The notes below the pieces were generated by a model. It was not told where the DNA came from and made no database searches. It saw nothing but the letters and a program-made list of their open reading frames with translations. DNA of 64,000 nt, taken from assembly GCA_951406725.2 (NCBI GenBank), contig OX597824.1:34968001-35032000 (forward strand), in the 5' to 3' direction. The stretch comes from Octopus vulgaris (taxonomy: Eukaryota). Of the stretch, positions 1 to 13,372 are shown in pieces (position 1 is the first letter of the stretch; every line of letters begins with the position of its first letter). Made by a program: the position numbers and the translations under genes.

Positions 1-270
1 TAGTCTTTCATTCCCACTTTTGCAAAAGAATAAGTTTTTTGTTAATGCCAAGACAACAAAAGTTTAAATAAAATATAGATCATCATAATCATCTTAACAT
101 CCATTATTGCATGGAGTGGACAAAATTTTTCAAAGCAGATTTTCTATGGCCAGATGCCCTTCCTGTCAACAACCCTCACCTGTTTCCAAGTAAGGTAAGA
201 TTTTCCCATGGCCAGACATGTTTTCACAAACTACTGAAAATGAAGGACACTGCAGGATGGTATCAATGGC

Positions 271-500
271 AAGCTGGCAGAAACGTTAGCACGCCGGGTG
301 AAATGCTTAGCGATATTTCGTCTGCCGTTATGTTGTGAGTTCAAATTCCGCCGAGGTCGACTTTGCCTTTCATCCTTTCGGGGTCGATAAATTAAGTACC
401 AGTTACGTACTGGGATCGATGTAATCGACTTAATACCTATGTCTGTCCTTGTTTGTCCTCTCTATGTTTAGCCCCTTGTGGGTAATAAAGAAATAGGTAT
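271..500 (+). mobile_element. tRNA-derived SINE, family A
   Basis: Box A-like TGGCAGAAACGTT and box B-like GAGTTCAAATTCC; near-identical copies elsewhere in the window. Confidence 0.85.
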
Positions 501-1086
501 CAAACAATAGAGACAGTAACACATACACACACACACACACACACAGAGGACTTTTTTTCAATTTTTATCTACCAGCCTAAATTACAAGGCTTTGGTCAGC
601 CCTGGACTATAGAAGATATTTGGCCAAGGTGCCACACAGTAGAACTAAACCTACAAGTATGTGGATGGGAAGCAAACTTATTGCCATACACCCATTTCAA
701 AGAATTTATTATTTGAACAGTACCTGAAATAAATCTAATTTAAAGAATAGAGAATAACACCCTTTCCAGTTTACAGATTTGGTAATCACATATCAAGTGA
801 CAAGAGGTACTAAGATAAAATTCAATGCACACACACACACACACACATGTATTGGAAAGGTAATGAACAACCCCAACCCAAACAAAAAGACAACAAAAGA
901 GAGACAAGTTTTAATAAGTATTGTATTAGTTTGACACTGAAATGAAGGAAGAGAAAGAGTTGACATTTTAGATGTGAGTTCTTCATCAGAAAAGCAAAGG
1001 AGGAGAGAGAAAATGTAAGTGGTTGAGAAGGAAAGAAAAAAAATGGGCGAGGTGTTTAGGAGCCTGTGAAAGAAGAAATTTAGAAA

Positions 1087-1298
1087 TATATTTCTTTACT
1101 ACCCACAGAGGGGACAAACAAGGACAGACAAACGGATTAAGTCGATTACATCGACCCCAGTGCGTAACTGGTACTTACTTTATCGACCCCGAAAGGCTGA
1201 AAGGCAAAGTTGACCTCGGCGGAATTTGAACCCAGAACGTAACGGCAGATGAAATACGGCTACGCATTTCGCCCGGCGCACTAACGTTTCTGCCAGTT
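1087..1298 (-). mobile_element. tRNA-derived SINE, family A
   Basis: Reverse complement of 271-500 with a short internal deletion. Confidence 0.85.
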
Positions 1299-1642
1299 AA
1301 CACTATAAAACAGTAATGAAAAGTCAAGTGAACTAATACAACTAATGTGAAGTCTAGAAAAGAAAGAAAGTCCCTAGTTTGGTAAAGACTGATAGCAGTA
1401 GACATGCAAGTATGTGTAGAAGTGTTTGTCATGGAAGAGACAAATTTTTTTTTAAATTACATAGCTAGTGGTAAGTCCTGAGAATCTGAAAATATGGAAG
1501 AAGTGAAAAATTCCACGAGAATGAAATTCAGGGAACACATTCAACAATAATTTATGCAATTATCCAAATTAACAGAATTCTTTTTAAATGTCAAAATTTA
1601 ACAAAATGTAGTAAACGAAGACCAATATGGAGAATAACTTAC

Positions 1643-1702
1643 AGTTATGTAGTAGCTTCCAGGACATATTCCAAGAAATTCATGGGTTAGTGTTGAGGAT
1701 GT
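1643..1702 (-). CDS. IL-17 receptor-like gene, exon 7 (TSSTLTHEFLGICPGSYYIT); gene continues further left
   Basis: Acceptor poly-T-CAG|, donor ACT|GTAAGT; 60 nt, phase 0 to 0. F..I.PG.Y.I is the FnIII tyrosine-corner pattern. Confidence 0.75.
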
Positions 1703-2086
1703 CTGAAAAAAAAAAATTTGTAAATTTGGCTCTGAACATTTTTCAAAGTAAATCTATAATTCTCAGAGATATCTTTGAAACCTGGTGTAACTATAAAATA
1801 GAATTTATAGATACACCAATTATTCTGGTGCCATTAAATTTGGTAAAATGATTTATATTTTACCGAATTCAATGGTTAAAATTAATTTTTAGTCAAAACA
1901 AAAATTATTATTCATTTAATAGTAGAAAAAAAAAATTTGTTTTAGCAATAGTATTGATATGCCCAAAAGAATTATTCTTTACATAATTACATCATGTAAA
2001 ACAAAATAGCCACAAACTAATTTTCTTTGTTTTGTTTTAAAGCCAGAACTAGATCTGATAGAAAAAATAGAAAGGCAATTTAAATA

Positions 2087-4873
2087 CAGTGGTACCTTGA
2101 CTTACAAGTTTAATTCATTCCGTGACAGGGCTCATAACTCAAATTACTCATATGTCAAATCAAATTTCCCCATTGAAATGCTATTAATCCTTTCCAGGCC
2201 CCCCAAAAACCACAACAATTGTTTTTGTAACATGTTTTTAAATACAAAATATGTACTTATAAATAATGATTATTGTATAAAAAACAATACAATAGCATGT
2301 ACTGTAATAAACTGATTTTATTAAGTATCATGTACAACATTTACTTTGGAGATCAGACTACTTGGAGGATACTGACAGAGGTAGAGGAGAAAGGCTGAAC
2401 TGAATAACTGAATCTTATTCACTCATTTTTGCCTTTTTCACCATATTTCCTCACTTTCATCTGCAGGAGTTTTCGATAAAAACCTCTCCAATAAGGTTTG
2501 TTTCATCCTCACTTTCAGAATGTTTCAAAAATGAGTTAGGCAAGTGTCATTAAATAACACTCTCTTTACTCTTTTACTTGTTTCAGTACTTATTCTATCG
2601 GTCTCTTTTGCTGAACCGCTAAGTAACGGGGACATAAACACACCAGCATCGGTTGTCAAGCAATGCTAAGGGGACAAACACAGACACACAAACACACACA
2701 CGCATATATATATATATATACATATATACAACGGGCTTCTTTCAGTTTCCGTCTACCAAATCCACTCACAAGGCTTTGGTCGGCCCGAGGCTATAGTAGA
2801 AGACACTTGCCCAAGGTGCCACGCAGTGGGACTGAACCCGGAACCATGTGGTTGGTAAACAAGCTACTTACCACACAGCCACTCCTGCAACACTGTTGCA
2901 CACCCAAATGCAACATTTTCAGGGCATTTCTTTTGAATATAATCTGAAAGTTTCTCACACATTCTCAAGATTTCCTTTATCGCATTTGTAGAGATAACTT
3001 CCTCTGTCTCCTCTGCATCATCTATTTCCTGCAAAACTTCTGTGTGCTGCTGTATCTTTAGTTCCTTTAGCCCTTTCATTGTCAGTTCCTTGAAGAGCTC
3101 CTCAATGAGCTCATTGAAGTCACCTTCATCCATATCGAGGCCCATGGACTTGCCAAGGGATACAATCTCCTTCACTTCTGCCGCTTTGGGTTCAAGTCTT
3201 TCAAAGTCCATTTCAGACACAACCTCAGGCCACAGCTTCTGCCACACAGAGGTCAAGATCCTCTTTGTAACACCCTGCCAGGCCAGATCATTAGTTCTGA
3301 GGCATATCACGATGTTATAGTGGTCCTTCCAGAACTTTCGAAGGGGGAGGTCTTTGCTCTCTATCACCTCAAAGCGGCAGCAGAAGAGGTGCTTGGTGAA
3401 GAATTTCTTGAAATTAGAAATCTCCTGCTGGTCCATGGGCTGCAGGATAAGGGTGGTGTTGGGTGGAAGGTAAAGAACTTTCATAAACTTGAACCTTTCA
3501 AGGATGTCATCTTCGAGGTTAAGTGGGTGAGCAGTTGCATTGTCCAGGGCAAGAAGGGCTTGCAGGGGTCGGTTATTTTCCTGGAGATATTTCTTAGTGC
3601 CAGGATCAAAGACCAAATTCACCCATTCCACAGAGAACTACCTGGTGACCCACACCCTTAGATTTACCTTCCACATAACCTGCAGTTTTTCTTTCAGAAT
3701 TTTATGTGACTTAATGGTTCTGGGGTTTTGCAAACAATAAATGAGCAGTGGCTTAATCTTGCAGTCGCTGCTTGCATTGGTGCACAATGCAAGGGTTAGC
3801 CAATCTTTCATGGGTTTGTGGCCTCGCATCTGCTTCTCCTCTGCCGTTATATAAGTCCTCCTTGGCATCTTCTTCCAAAAAAAGTCCTGTCTCATCACAG
3901 TTGAAGACTTGCTGGGGGATGTATCCTTCGACTACTATATTTCCAGCAAAAGTTTTGAGGTAATCCTCAGCTACCTTTATATCCACTCTCGCTACCTCAC
4001 CACGCCTGAACAGGGAGTGAATGCTGGTCCCCTTTTTAAAATTCTCAAACCAGCCCCTACTACCTTTAAATGGCTCACCTGAAACCTCATCCATACAAGT
4101 GCTTGGGGTCTGCAGCAGCAAATCAATGTAAATAGCTTGTGCATTCTTGCAGATTATACCCTCCATCATGGTATCGCCTGCAAGCTGCTTCTCTGTCAAC
4201 CACACCATCAGCAGCTTCTCCATATCTTCATGGATAGATGTTAGCTTTTTAGAAATTATTTTAATGCCCTTGACTGGCGTTATAGCCTTTATCGACTCCT
4301 TCTGCTTCAGTATGGTGCAGATCATAGAAATGCTATGCTTGTACTGCTTCGCCATGTCAATACATGCACACCTTAGTCATGTCTTTTGATAATTTCTTTC
4401 TTTAATTCAATGCACATCATCCACTTCTCACTACTGTCCTTTGCACTCACTTTTTCAGACCCATGGTTGGGAAAACAAAGTTTTGCAAAATAACTGTAAG
4501 CACAATTGTGAGCATCACTGATACTTCTGTAGCCTGCAACAACTAAGTAAGCATTTTAAAACCCATCTAGCTAATGACCCACTAACAATCTTTGCACTTG
4601 CTAACGTGAGTGTCTGTCTAGCTATCGGTCTACTAATGAACTTTGCACATGCTAACATGCATATCTGTCTAGCTAGTGAGTGAGACACGGGATGCTGGGT
4701 GGATGTTACGGCATTCACTGTCGTGTTTGCTATGCCAACTAGCGGTGGGATATCTGAAGTTGGCTCATAACCTGAATTTTAGCTCGCAACTCAAAGCAAA
4801 AAGATTAGCCGAGAGATAGATCATATCTCTAAAAACACGTTAGTTGGGACACTCGTAAGTTAAAGTACCACTG
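2087..4873 (-). mobile_element. Tigger/pogo DNA transposon with degraded TIGD1-like transposase
   Basis: 22-bp TIRs CAGTGGTACCTTGACTTACAAG / CAGTGGTACTTTAACTTACGAG (19/22 match), TA on the left flank. Frameshifted ORFs from about 4464 down: CENP-B-type HTH (FKGSRGWFENFK), FNCDETGLF, LDNATAHP, LPPNTTLILQPMDQ. Confidence 0.92.
2562..2888 (-). mobile_element. tRNA-derived SINE, family B (CORE-like CCTTGGGCAAGT), nested in the Tigger element
   Basis: Reverse strand begins GCAGGAGTGGCTGTGTGGTAAG...GGGTTCAGTCCC; flanked by AACACT on both sides; interrupts the transposase. Confidence 0.85.
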
Positions 4874-5179
4874 TGCTTAGTTTTGTGGCTGCAATTTACT
4901 GAAAATAACAAAACTGTGTAAAGTACAAGACAATGGACAGTACTGAAGCAAAGTTACATTAAGTACAGTTATTACAAAATAACTAACATCAATATAGTCA
5001 AAAATAATTTACCAGGATAAATCAGTAAAACAATGCAAAGGAATAAGTTTTATTTAAAATTAAATGGATAAGAATCAAGATAGGGAAATAAAGACTTGAA
5101 AAAGAAGAAACGTTTTCTTTATTTATTATTGAGGATTAGAAAAATATTAAAATCACTGAAAGGGTGAAATTTGACAAAC

Positions 5180-5343
5180 CTTGGAAGAATTGACAGCCAC
5201 CATATATAAAATGGTTGAATTCATATAATGAAGTGCTACTTTATACAATTTTATATTACATTTTGAAGGTCCTTGTTCAAAATCCACAATTAACTTGTCC
5301 TCTTTTAGTCTATAATCTATTAAAGTCGTCCATTCACGACACA
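5180..5343 (-). CDS. IL-17 receptor-like gene, exon 6 (CREWTTLIDYRLKEDKLIVDFEQGPSKCNIKLYKVALHYMNSTILYMVAVNSSK)
   Basis: Acceptor CTTTACTTTTGCAG|, donor AAG|GTTTGT; 164 nt, phase 1 to 0. W...V.F...P.....Y.V.L pattern of the second FnIII domain. An alternative donor at 5157 is out of phase with exon 7. Confidence 0.8.
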
Positions 5344-6299
5344 CTGCAAAAGTAAAGGGAAAACATTCATGTTAACATAAACATTACACAAATAGTAAAT
5401 GTTGTTAAAGTAGGCCAAGGTTGACTAAATTCAAGCAGAAAAGAAAATATTTAAAGTTACAGTTTTCATGTCATTATCTGAATGAATTTTGTTCCCACAA
5501 TATTACAAGAGACATTCCCACCAACAAGCTTCAATACCTTTATTGCTGAATCTCATCTTTAACATTAAAGATTACCATGTTCTCTCAAATGTCAAAAACT
5601 TGCAGCAGAAATGTCTGTGAATGTTTAGAATCATTAACAGCAGAAAGTCTTTCTTCCTATTAATATAATTCTGTGCAATTAGACAGGAGTTAAGAAATCA
5701 GCTTCAATGCTCTTCCATAGAATATACATCAATTTTAGTAAATACATGTGAATATCAATATTACTGGCTACATAAGGAGGTGAACTGGCAGAATTCTGAT
5801 TTTAAAAAATGTACCAGTTGAGTACTGAGGTCATTATAATTGACTTACTCCTTCCCCCAAACTTGCAGACTTTGCAGCAAAATTTGAAACCAATACGCGT
5901 GGGCATGGCTGTGTGGTTAGGGAGCTTGCTTCCTAGCTATATGGTTTCGGGTTCAGACCCACTGCGTGGCACTTTGGACCGAAGCTTTGTGATTGAATTC
6001 GGCAGGCGGAAGTTACTGCCGTGTGTGTATATGTGCGTGTAGGTGCTTGTGCCTCTCCGAAAGAGAGAGAGAGAGAGAAATACTGGCGACATATATACTC
6101 CAGCTACATATCAATAATAAAATAGAGAAACAAACAAATAATTTTTAACCTTTCATTTCAACATTATCATCAATGACAATGTTTACCTCCTCATTCTTCC
6201 TACAGCTTCTATGCTTTTGGAAAACCCATTTACACAACAAATCAGGTCAACTAGGTAACAATAGCTATCAACTAAGAGGTTTTCTGAGCACTTAAAAGA

Positions 6300-6590
6300 C
6301 ATTATATTACATAAGCTCTAACTGCAGACTTCTCCTGTGCATATGAAGTGCACCTATTTTATCTCCATAGTTTACATTGGGTGTGCTATATGAAATTTCT
6401 ACCTATTCTTTTTCTGCATATCAAATACAGTCATTTTCTTGATGGTATCAGAGTGTATTTCCTACTTGCTAAAACTTTAGTCTTTTACCAAGTTTACTTT
6501 CAGACTTTTCAATACCAGATTTTTGCTTCTCTTTCTGGAATTTTTTTTTATCTATCTCCAGCTGCTAAGAACCATCAAAACATACAGGAA
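6300..6590 (-). mobile_element. Highly degenerate RTE LINE fragment (post-RT region)
   Basis: Reverse strand aligns by eye to 8470-8640 (KVN..KTKVL..RK...ICRK..GRN....TQCKLW). Confidence 0.55.
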
Positions 6591-6611
6591 GTGGCATGAA
6601 CAGCCAGTCTT

Positions 6612-6990
6612 AAATAAGTAAGTAGTTTGCTTACAAACTACATGGTTCTGGATTCAGTCCCACTGTGTGACACCTTGGGCAAGTGTCTTCTACTATAGCC
6701 TCAGGCCAACCAAAGCCTTGTGAGTGGATTTGGTAGACAGAAACTGAACGAAGCCCATCGTATATATTTATATATATGTGTGTGTGTGTGTGTGTTTGTA
6801 TCCCCAACATCGCCAGACAACCGATGCTGGTGTGTTTACGTCCCCTTAACTTAGCGGTTTGGTAAATGAGACCGATAGAATAAGTACTAGGCTTACAAAG
6901 AATAAGTCCTGGGGTCGATTTGATCGACTAAAGGCGGTGCTCCAGCATGGCCACAGTCAAATAACTGAAACAAGTAAGAGAGAAAAAAAA
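6612..6990 (+). mobile_element. SINE family B
   Basis: Matches other family B copies, including the internal TA/TG microsatellite. Confidence 0.8.
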
Positions 6991-6994
6991 GAGA

Positions 6995-9700
6995 GACAAT
7001 GGAATGCATGGTTGCTTCTAAATAGAAAGACCCTTCCTGGTGAAGAATGCATCCCCCAGCATAGACTAGGCATTAGTGACTTAAGACTCCAAGCCAGAAG
7101 GATACCAAGAAGTAGACCAATCTGGAAAAGAAGGATTTAGAAGCTTAAAGACCCTTCATATGGTCAGAGATTTATGGACATCCTAATTGAGAAATTTGAT
7201 GAGAGGGAGAAAGAGCTACAGACTTGTAACATAGAGGGAAAATGGGAATTCCTGCAGGACAGCTTGCTGAGTGCCACAGATCAAATCTGTGCCTGGTGCA
7301 AAGTCCTATCTAGAACTAGGGTGATGTGGTTGTGGAACAATGCTGTAGACATGGCCATTAGAGCAAAGAAACAGGCCTGGATGAGTGGGGGTAGTGGGGA
7401 ACTGTATCAGATAGCCAGAAGGGCAGCTCGGAGATAGATATTTCAAGCCAGGGAAGAAGCAGAAAAGAAGTCTGCTTATGTTCAGTTATGTGAGGACTAA
7501 AGCCTTGAAGTTTTTCGGATTGTGAGACAGAGTGCAAGAGAAAATTGTGATGATATAGGAGAGAAAAGTGTCTGCATGGATGATAGTGCACTTGCATTTA
7601 ATGATTCTGCAAAGAAAGAGGCTTGAAAATGCCATTATGAAGGATTGCTGAATATGGAGAGTGAATGGGAGGAGGAGGGTCTGCCAAATGTTGACCCAAC
7701 TAAGGGACCAGCTATCCAAATCAACAGTACCTTGGTAGATAAAGCAATTAAGGATATGAAGACAGGGAAAGCCCCTGGCCCATCAGGAGTCACTTCTGGG
7801 ATGCTTAAAATATCTGGTGGTGTGGGTTATGGTCTAGTCACCTGTATTATAAATCAGGTGGTACACGAAGGAGTCATGCTGGTATAGCAGCATCATAGTC
7901 AACTGCCACAAAGGTAAAGGTGATGCCTTAGATAGAAATAATTAGAGGTATCAAATTGTTGGATCAGATGATGAAAGTTACAGAGAGGGTAACAGCCCAA
8001 CTAATTAGGGAGAGAATTAGTCTAGTTGAAATGTAGTTTGGCTTTGTGCCGGGGAAAAGCACCATTGATTCTATATTTCTGGTAAGATAGCTGCAGGAGA
8101 TGTTCCTAGCCAAAGATAAACCTCTGTATTTGGCTTTTGTTGACATGGAGAAAGCCTTTGACAAGGTCCCCTGATCCCTTATTTGGTGGTCAATATTGAA
8201 ACTAGGGATAGACAAGTGGTTGGTGAGAGCTGCACAAGCCATGCACAGAGACGTTGTCAGTAAAGTGAGGGTTGGTAATGAGTACAACAAAAATTTCCAG
8301 GTAGAAGTAAGGGTTCACCAGGGATCAGTCCTTAGCCCCCTCTTGTTCATCAGAGTCCTTGAGGCAATAATAGAAGAATTTAAGACAGGCTGCCCCTAGG
8401 CACACCTCTATGCTGATGATCTTGTTCTTATAGCTGAATCACTACTAGAACTAGAAGAAATTTCAAGTATGGAAGCAAGGTCTAGAATTGAAAGGCCTTG
8501 AAGTTAACCTAACAAAACTGAAGGCAAACAAATCACAAATCCCTTCAGGTACATGGCCCTGCTCGATCTGTAGAAAAGGCATAAGTAGAAACTCCATAAG
8601 ATGTACTCGGTGTAAGCTATGGATATATAAGAGGTGCAGTAATATCTGAGGAAGGTTAACAGGGAAAATACATTTTGTATGTGGAAAATTTACAGATATA
8701 ATAAACACTAAAAATATACAGAAAATAAACTCCATCAATTGTCAGCAGGGTAAGCTAGAGGTAGTAGATAGTATCCATTATCTAGGTGACCAAGTTAGTA
8801 GTGGAGGTGGATGCTCCAAGATTGTAGCTGCATGAGAATAATAGGCTGGGCAAAGTTCAGAGAGCTCCTACCTCTGTTGGCAGAGTGTCCCTCAGAGTGA
8901 AAGGCAGACTGCATGATGCCAGTATGTGAACAGCTATGCTACACAGCAGTGAAACATGGGCTGTGACAGCTAAGGACATGCGTAGACTTGAAAGAAATGA
9001 AACCAGTGTTTTGCTGCATGTGCAATGTCAGTGTGCATGTACAGCAGAGTGTAAGCACCTTGAGAGAAAAGCTGGGCACAACAGGCATCAGATGTGGTGT
9101 GCAAGAGAGATAACTGTGCTGGTATGGTCATGTGATGCATATGGATGAGGACAGCTGTGTAAAGAAGTGCCAATCTTTAACTGTAGAGGGAACTTGTGGT
9201 AGAAGTAGACCTAGGAAGACATGGGATGAAGTGGTGAAGCAGGATCTTCGAACTTTGGGCTTCATGGAGGCAATAACTAGTGACCAAGACCTTTGGCAAC
9301 ATGAAATTGTAGTTGTGGTTGATGCTGGTGTAATGTAACTGAGTGTTGGGCCTCATGGAGGTAAGGTGGCCAATGCTGGTGGCAGATGAAAAGCACCTTT
9401 CGAGTGCTGAGCCTCACAGAGGCAATTATTGGCACTATGCTGTGCTTAAGAAGACCCGTCAAGCCAAGTAAAATCATAGTCATAACAGATACTGGTATCA
9501 AGCAAATAGCACCCATATTGGTGGCACATAAAAGAACACATTACACTATCAGAGTGGTTGGTGTTAGGAAGGGTAGCCAGCTGTAGAAACCATGCCAAAT
9601 CAGATTGGCATCTGGTGCTGTCTTCCAGAATGCCAGCCCTGGCCAAACCATCCAGCCCATGCCAGCATGGACAACGGACATTAAATGATGATGATGGTGA
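6995..9700 (+). mobile_element. 5'-truncated RTE-clade LINE (end of APE domain, RT, C-terminal region, 3' UTR with (ATG)n tail)
   Basis: Broken ORFs with KAPGPSG, FVDMEKAFD, VHQGSVLSPLLF, LYADDL, LHSSETWA, GRSRPRKTWDEVV; tail TTAAATGATGATGATG at about 9681-9696. Confidence 0.9.
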
Positions 9701-9940
9701 CCATTCGCTCTAGTACGCTGCCTTGCAATGTGGAACATCTCACATGTCATATCTTCACAACTTGGACCATGTGCAAACCTCTTAATTTTTACTTCTTCCT
9801 TTGCTTAGTATACCTGATATCTAACTTCTCCTCAAGCTACCTGATATTCTTTTGTGCTGCCATCTTTCTTTCAGTCTATCTAAGACTATTTGTTACATTT
9901 CATGATTCTATCTACAGTACTATTCCACCACATCACCGAT

Positions 9941-10172
9941 AAGGCAGCGAGCTGGCAGAAACGTTAGCACGCCGGGTGAAATGCGTAGCTGTATTTCGTC
10001 TGTCGTTACGTTCCGAGTTCAAATTCCGCCGAGGTTGACTTTGCCTTTCATCCTTTTGGGGTCGATAAATTAAGTACCAGTTACGCACTGGGGTCAATGT
10101 AATCGACTTAATACCTATGTCTGTCCTTGTTTGTCCCCTCTGTGTTTAGCCCCTTGTGGGTAATAAAGAAAT
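9941..10172 (+). mobile_element. tRNA-derived SINE, family A (a 3' half-copy also lies at about 10338-10445)
   Basis: Near-identical to 271-500. Confidence 0.85.
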
Positions 10173-11715
10173 TGGTATAGGTTGCTCAGGAAGTAAAAGG
10201 GACTTTAATTATGAAGATTATTATTGTGTTACTGTTTGTATGTTTTCTGTAACAGGCTGAGTTATAGGTATTGCAGTCTCTTTCAAAGATGGTGTTTGGT
10301 AGCAAGTTAGAATGTTGTAGTTGGGCATGTGTAAACCTAAATTAAGTACCAGTTATGCACTGGGGTCGATGTAATCGACTTAATCCCTTTGTCTGTCCTT
10401 GTTTGTCCCCTCTGTGTTTAGCCCCTTGTGGGTAGTAAAGAAATATATTCCACCATGCCAGATCTGTGGCTGGTACAGGATTCTAGCAGATAGCCACATA
10501 TAAGGTTTGTATCCCCCAGTGTATTGCCTTTTAGAAACTTCCAGTCAGCTTCCAAGTTATGTAGGGCTTGAATGCAAAAGGTTTGCAAAGGGTAGAAAAA
10601 AAATAAAATAAGCATGCTCCAATGTATGCGTAATGTTTAGTGTGCATGACAAACAAAGCATAAATGAGCTGAGAGCAAAGCTGGATACAAATTGTTCTGT
10701 GTAAGAGAGAAAACTGTACTGCTATGGATATGTGATGCATATGAAAGATGTCAGTTGTATAAAGAAGTACCTAGGGGTCAAAGGGAATGGAATCCCATGT
10801 AATCTGATGTTTGTGAAGGAAATTAGGCTTAGACTAAGAATGACATGGAACAAAGAGGTGAACACTGATCTAAAGAGGTAGAATCTCATGAAAAAGACAA
10901 CAAAAAACTATAATGAGCAGTAACTTATAATGTTGAGGAAGACCAATGCAACCATCCATAAAAGCAGAGCAAACTGGACAATAAGATGGCATGGTTGTAT
11001 AACATGTGTTTAGATCTCTTCTCCATTATTTTTATAAATTTCCCTCTTATTGCATTTCTTTTCATTATCCTCTCACTTATCACTCACTCTCCATCCTATC
11101 ACTCTTTAAGACCACCTATGTGGGTTAATATAGTGAAAGAACAGAAACTGTCTCCTGCCTATCACGCTTGTTTTCTCTATCATGCCATTCATATTTTTCT
11201 ATTCAACCTCCTTACCAATAACCACAATGTAAATGCTTATCACTATCTCTTTTCCATTACATCATGTTTCATGCCCCCCCTCTCTCTCTCTTATATCACT
11301 CTGCTTCCATCTTACTTTTCTTTTACTCCCTTACCCTGGTTCTGTCTCTGTTATCTCTCTTTTCTTGGTCACGATGTCTGGAGTAAATATAGAGAGCATA
11401 CAGGTCATTCTTTAGTCTTACCAAAGATGTGATAACCTGCTTAGTGTTGGTACTATGATAAAAGGTACCAGTATATTCTACAAAGTTGTTGGCATTCGGG
11501 AGAGCAATGAAACCATGTCAAAAACCAAATGAGACATGATGTAAAATGGTTCCTAGCCTGTCTAAGAGACAGAAATTCCTTCTAACAAGATCAAGGCAGC
11601 AGATCTATGATTGTTGTTATGGTGGTGATGGTGGTGAAGATGATGATGATGATGATACCACCACCAATTTCCTCCAAGATTTTAAATAAATAAATAATAA
11701 TTTCAGGTTCCTTAC

Positions 11716-11833
11716 AGAATGTATCAACTTTCCGAGTAGGAAGATAATTGTTTCCAGATTTCGGCAACGAGTAAAGATGAACCAAATATATTCTATTCTT
11801 TCTTACAGGATAAATCTCAAAATCGAAGTTATA
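11716..11833 (-). CDS. IL-17 receptor-like gene, exon 5 (YNFDFEIYPVRKNRIYLVHLYSLPKSGNNYLPTRKVDTF)
   Basis: Acceptor ATATTTGCAG|, donor CT|GTAAGG; 118 nt, phase 0 to 1. Y.V.L.SLP resembles the end of IL-17R domain 1. Confidence 0.85.
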
Positions 11834-12069
11834 CTGCAAATATATTATTTTAAAATTTTATCAATATAATGGAATGAAATATTGTTCAGTTCAATCACAT
11901 GTTACAACAATAATAAAAAAAAAAACAAAAAAAAAACACTCAGCTATTTTACTCTTACCGCTTCAATACATTTTCCATTGTTTTAATCTAATTGTCATTA
12001 TTAAGAATATTTTACTGCAAGCTTCTTCCACAAGAATTATGTAAACAAGTCTTTGTTAGTCTATTTGTA

Positions 12070-13372
12070 TTTTGTTGTCCAGAAAGTTTGTGCCGATTTT
12101 TAAAGGTCAGTAAATACTTGCCATTACATTTTTAATTAACCAAATATGAATCGTTTTGTTGCACAATGCATCTCCATCTTTCCTTTAACTTGAAAATACC
12201 CTCTTCCCAGAATTGAGGTAGTTTCATGGCAAAGAATTCATCAAGGTATCTTTTTACGTCATCCAAGGAATTGAAATTTTTACCATTAAGACTATTCTAC
12301 AGAGACCTGAATAAGTGGAAATCCAAAGGAGCCATATCTGGTGAATATGGAGTGTGGAGTGACACATCCCAGCCGAGCTGCAGCAATTTTTGTCTGGTTC
12401 CCAAAGAAATGTGTGGCCTTGCATTATCATGTTGGAAAACAACACTCTTCTTGTTGGCCAATTCTGGACGTTTCTCTTGAATTGCTGCTTTTAACTCATC
12501 CAGTTGTGTGCAGTATTTCTCAGAATTGTCTGGTTACTTGGGAGAAGCTCATAGTACAGATTTCCTTTCCAATCCCACCAGACACAAAGAAAGACATTTT
12601 TAGGGTGAAGCAAGACTTTTTTAGGGTGAAGCAAGACTTTTTTAGGGTGACTTTTTTAGGCTTTTGGGGTGGCTAAGGGTGGCTCATGTCGCTTTCTCCA
12701 GGATTGCTTTCTCTGAACATTTCAGTAGATAATCCATTTCTCACCACCTTTAACAATTTGCTTTAAAAAAGGTGAGTTTCATTCTGTTTATAAGGCGAAT
12801 CACAGATGGAAATGCAATCCAAAAGGTTCTTCTCACTCAACTCATCTGGTATCCAAACATTGTAGCGATTTGTGTACCCAAGCTTTACCAGGTGCTCATG
12901 AATGACAGATTTTGATAGGTTGAGGCTTTCTGCCAATTCTCGGGTTGTGCAATGTGTGTTATTCTCAATTAATGACTTGATTTGGTCATCATCTGTAGTG
13001 GATGGTCTGCTTGATCGCTCTTTATCAATAAGGCTACAATCTCAAGCTTGGAATCTTGCAAACCATTTCCATACAGTTTTTTTGGATAAAGAAACCTCAC
13101 CGTAAACTGTGCATATTTCTTTGGTTGCTTGTGAGGCATTTTTCTCTTTACGGAATAAGAAAAGCATCAAGTGCCGAAAATATCTTCTATTTTAAAGGGT
13201 TACAGAATTAACACAGGTTATAGGAAAAGAAACCTTCTTCCACGAAAAGATAGCTTAAACTGTGCTCTAAATAGAGGTGTAGTCAAATCCTATTTTCTGG
13301 ACTCAACCATGTTCTAAAATAAGTTGAAAGGTAAGCTACTATAAATCGGCATGAACTTTCTGGACAACCCAA
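12070..13372 (-). mobile_element. Mariner DNA transposon, degraded
   Basis: About 30-bp TIRs (TTGGGTTGTCCAGAAAGTTCATGCCGATTT type), TA on both flanks; reverse-strand PYSPDMAPLDFHLFRSL motif. Confidence 0.9.

Noticed and set aside
271-350. Possible tRNA genes at SINE heads
   Set aside because: A/B boxes are present, but each continues into a conserved SINE body found in multiple copies; no clean cloverleaf.
660-1500. Candidate exon 8 acceptors near 724, 810 and 1486 (minus strand)
   Set aside because: Each gives an in-frame stop in phase 0 before a convincing donor.
2864-4464. Domesticated TIGD1-like host gene
   Set aside because: Frameshifts, stop codons, a SINE insertion and retained TIRs indicate a dead transposon.
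5157-5179. Longer exon 6 using donor CA|GTGATT
   Set aside because: It ends in phase 2, incompatible with phase-0 exon 7; the AAG|GTTTGT donor fits.
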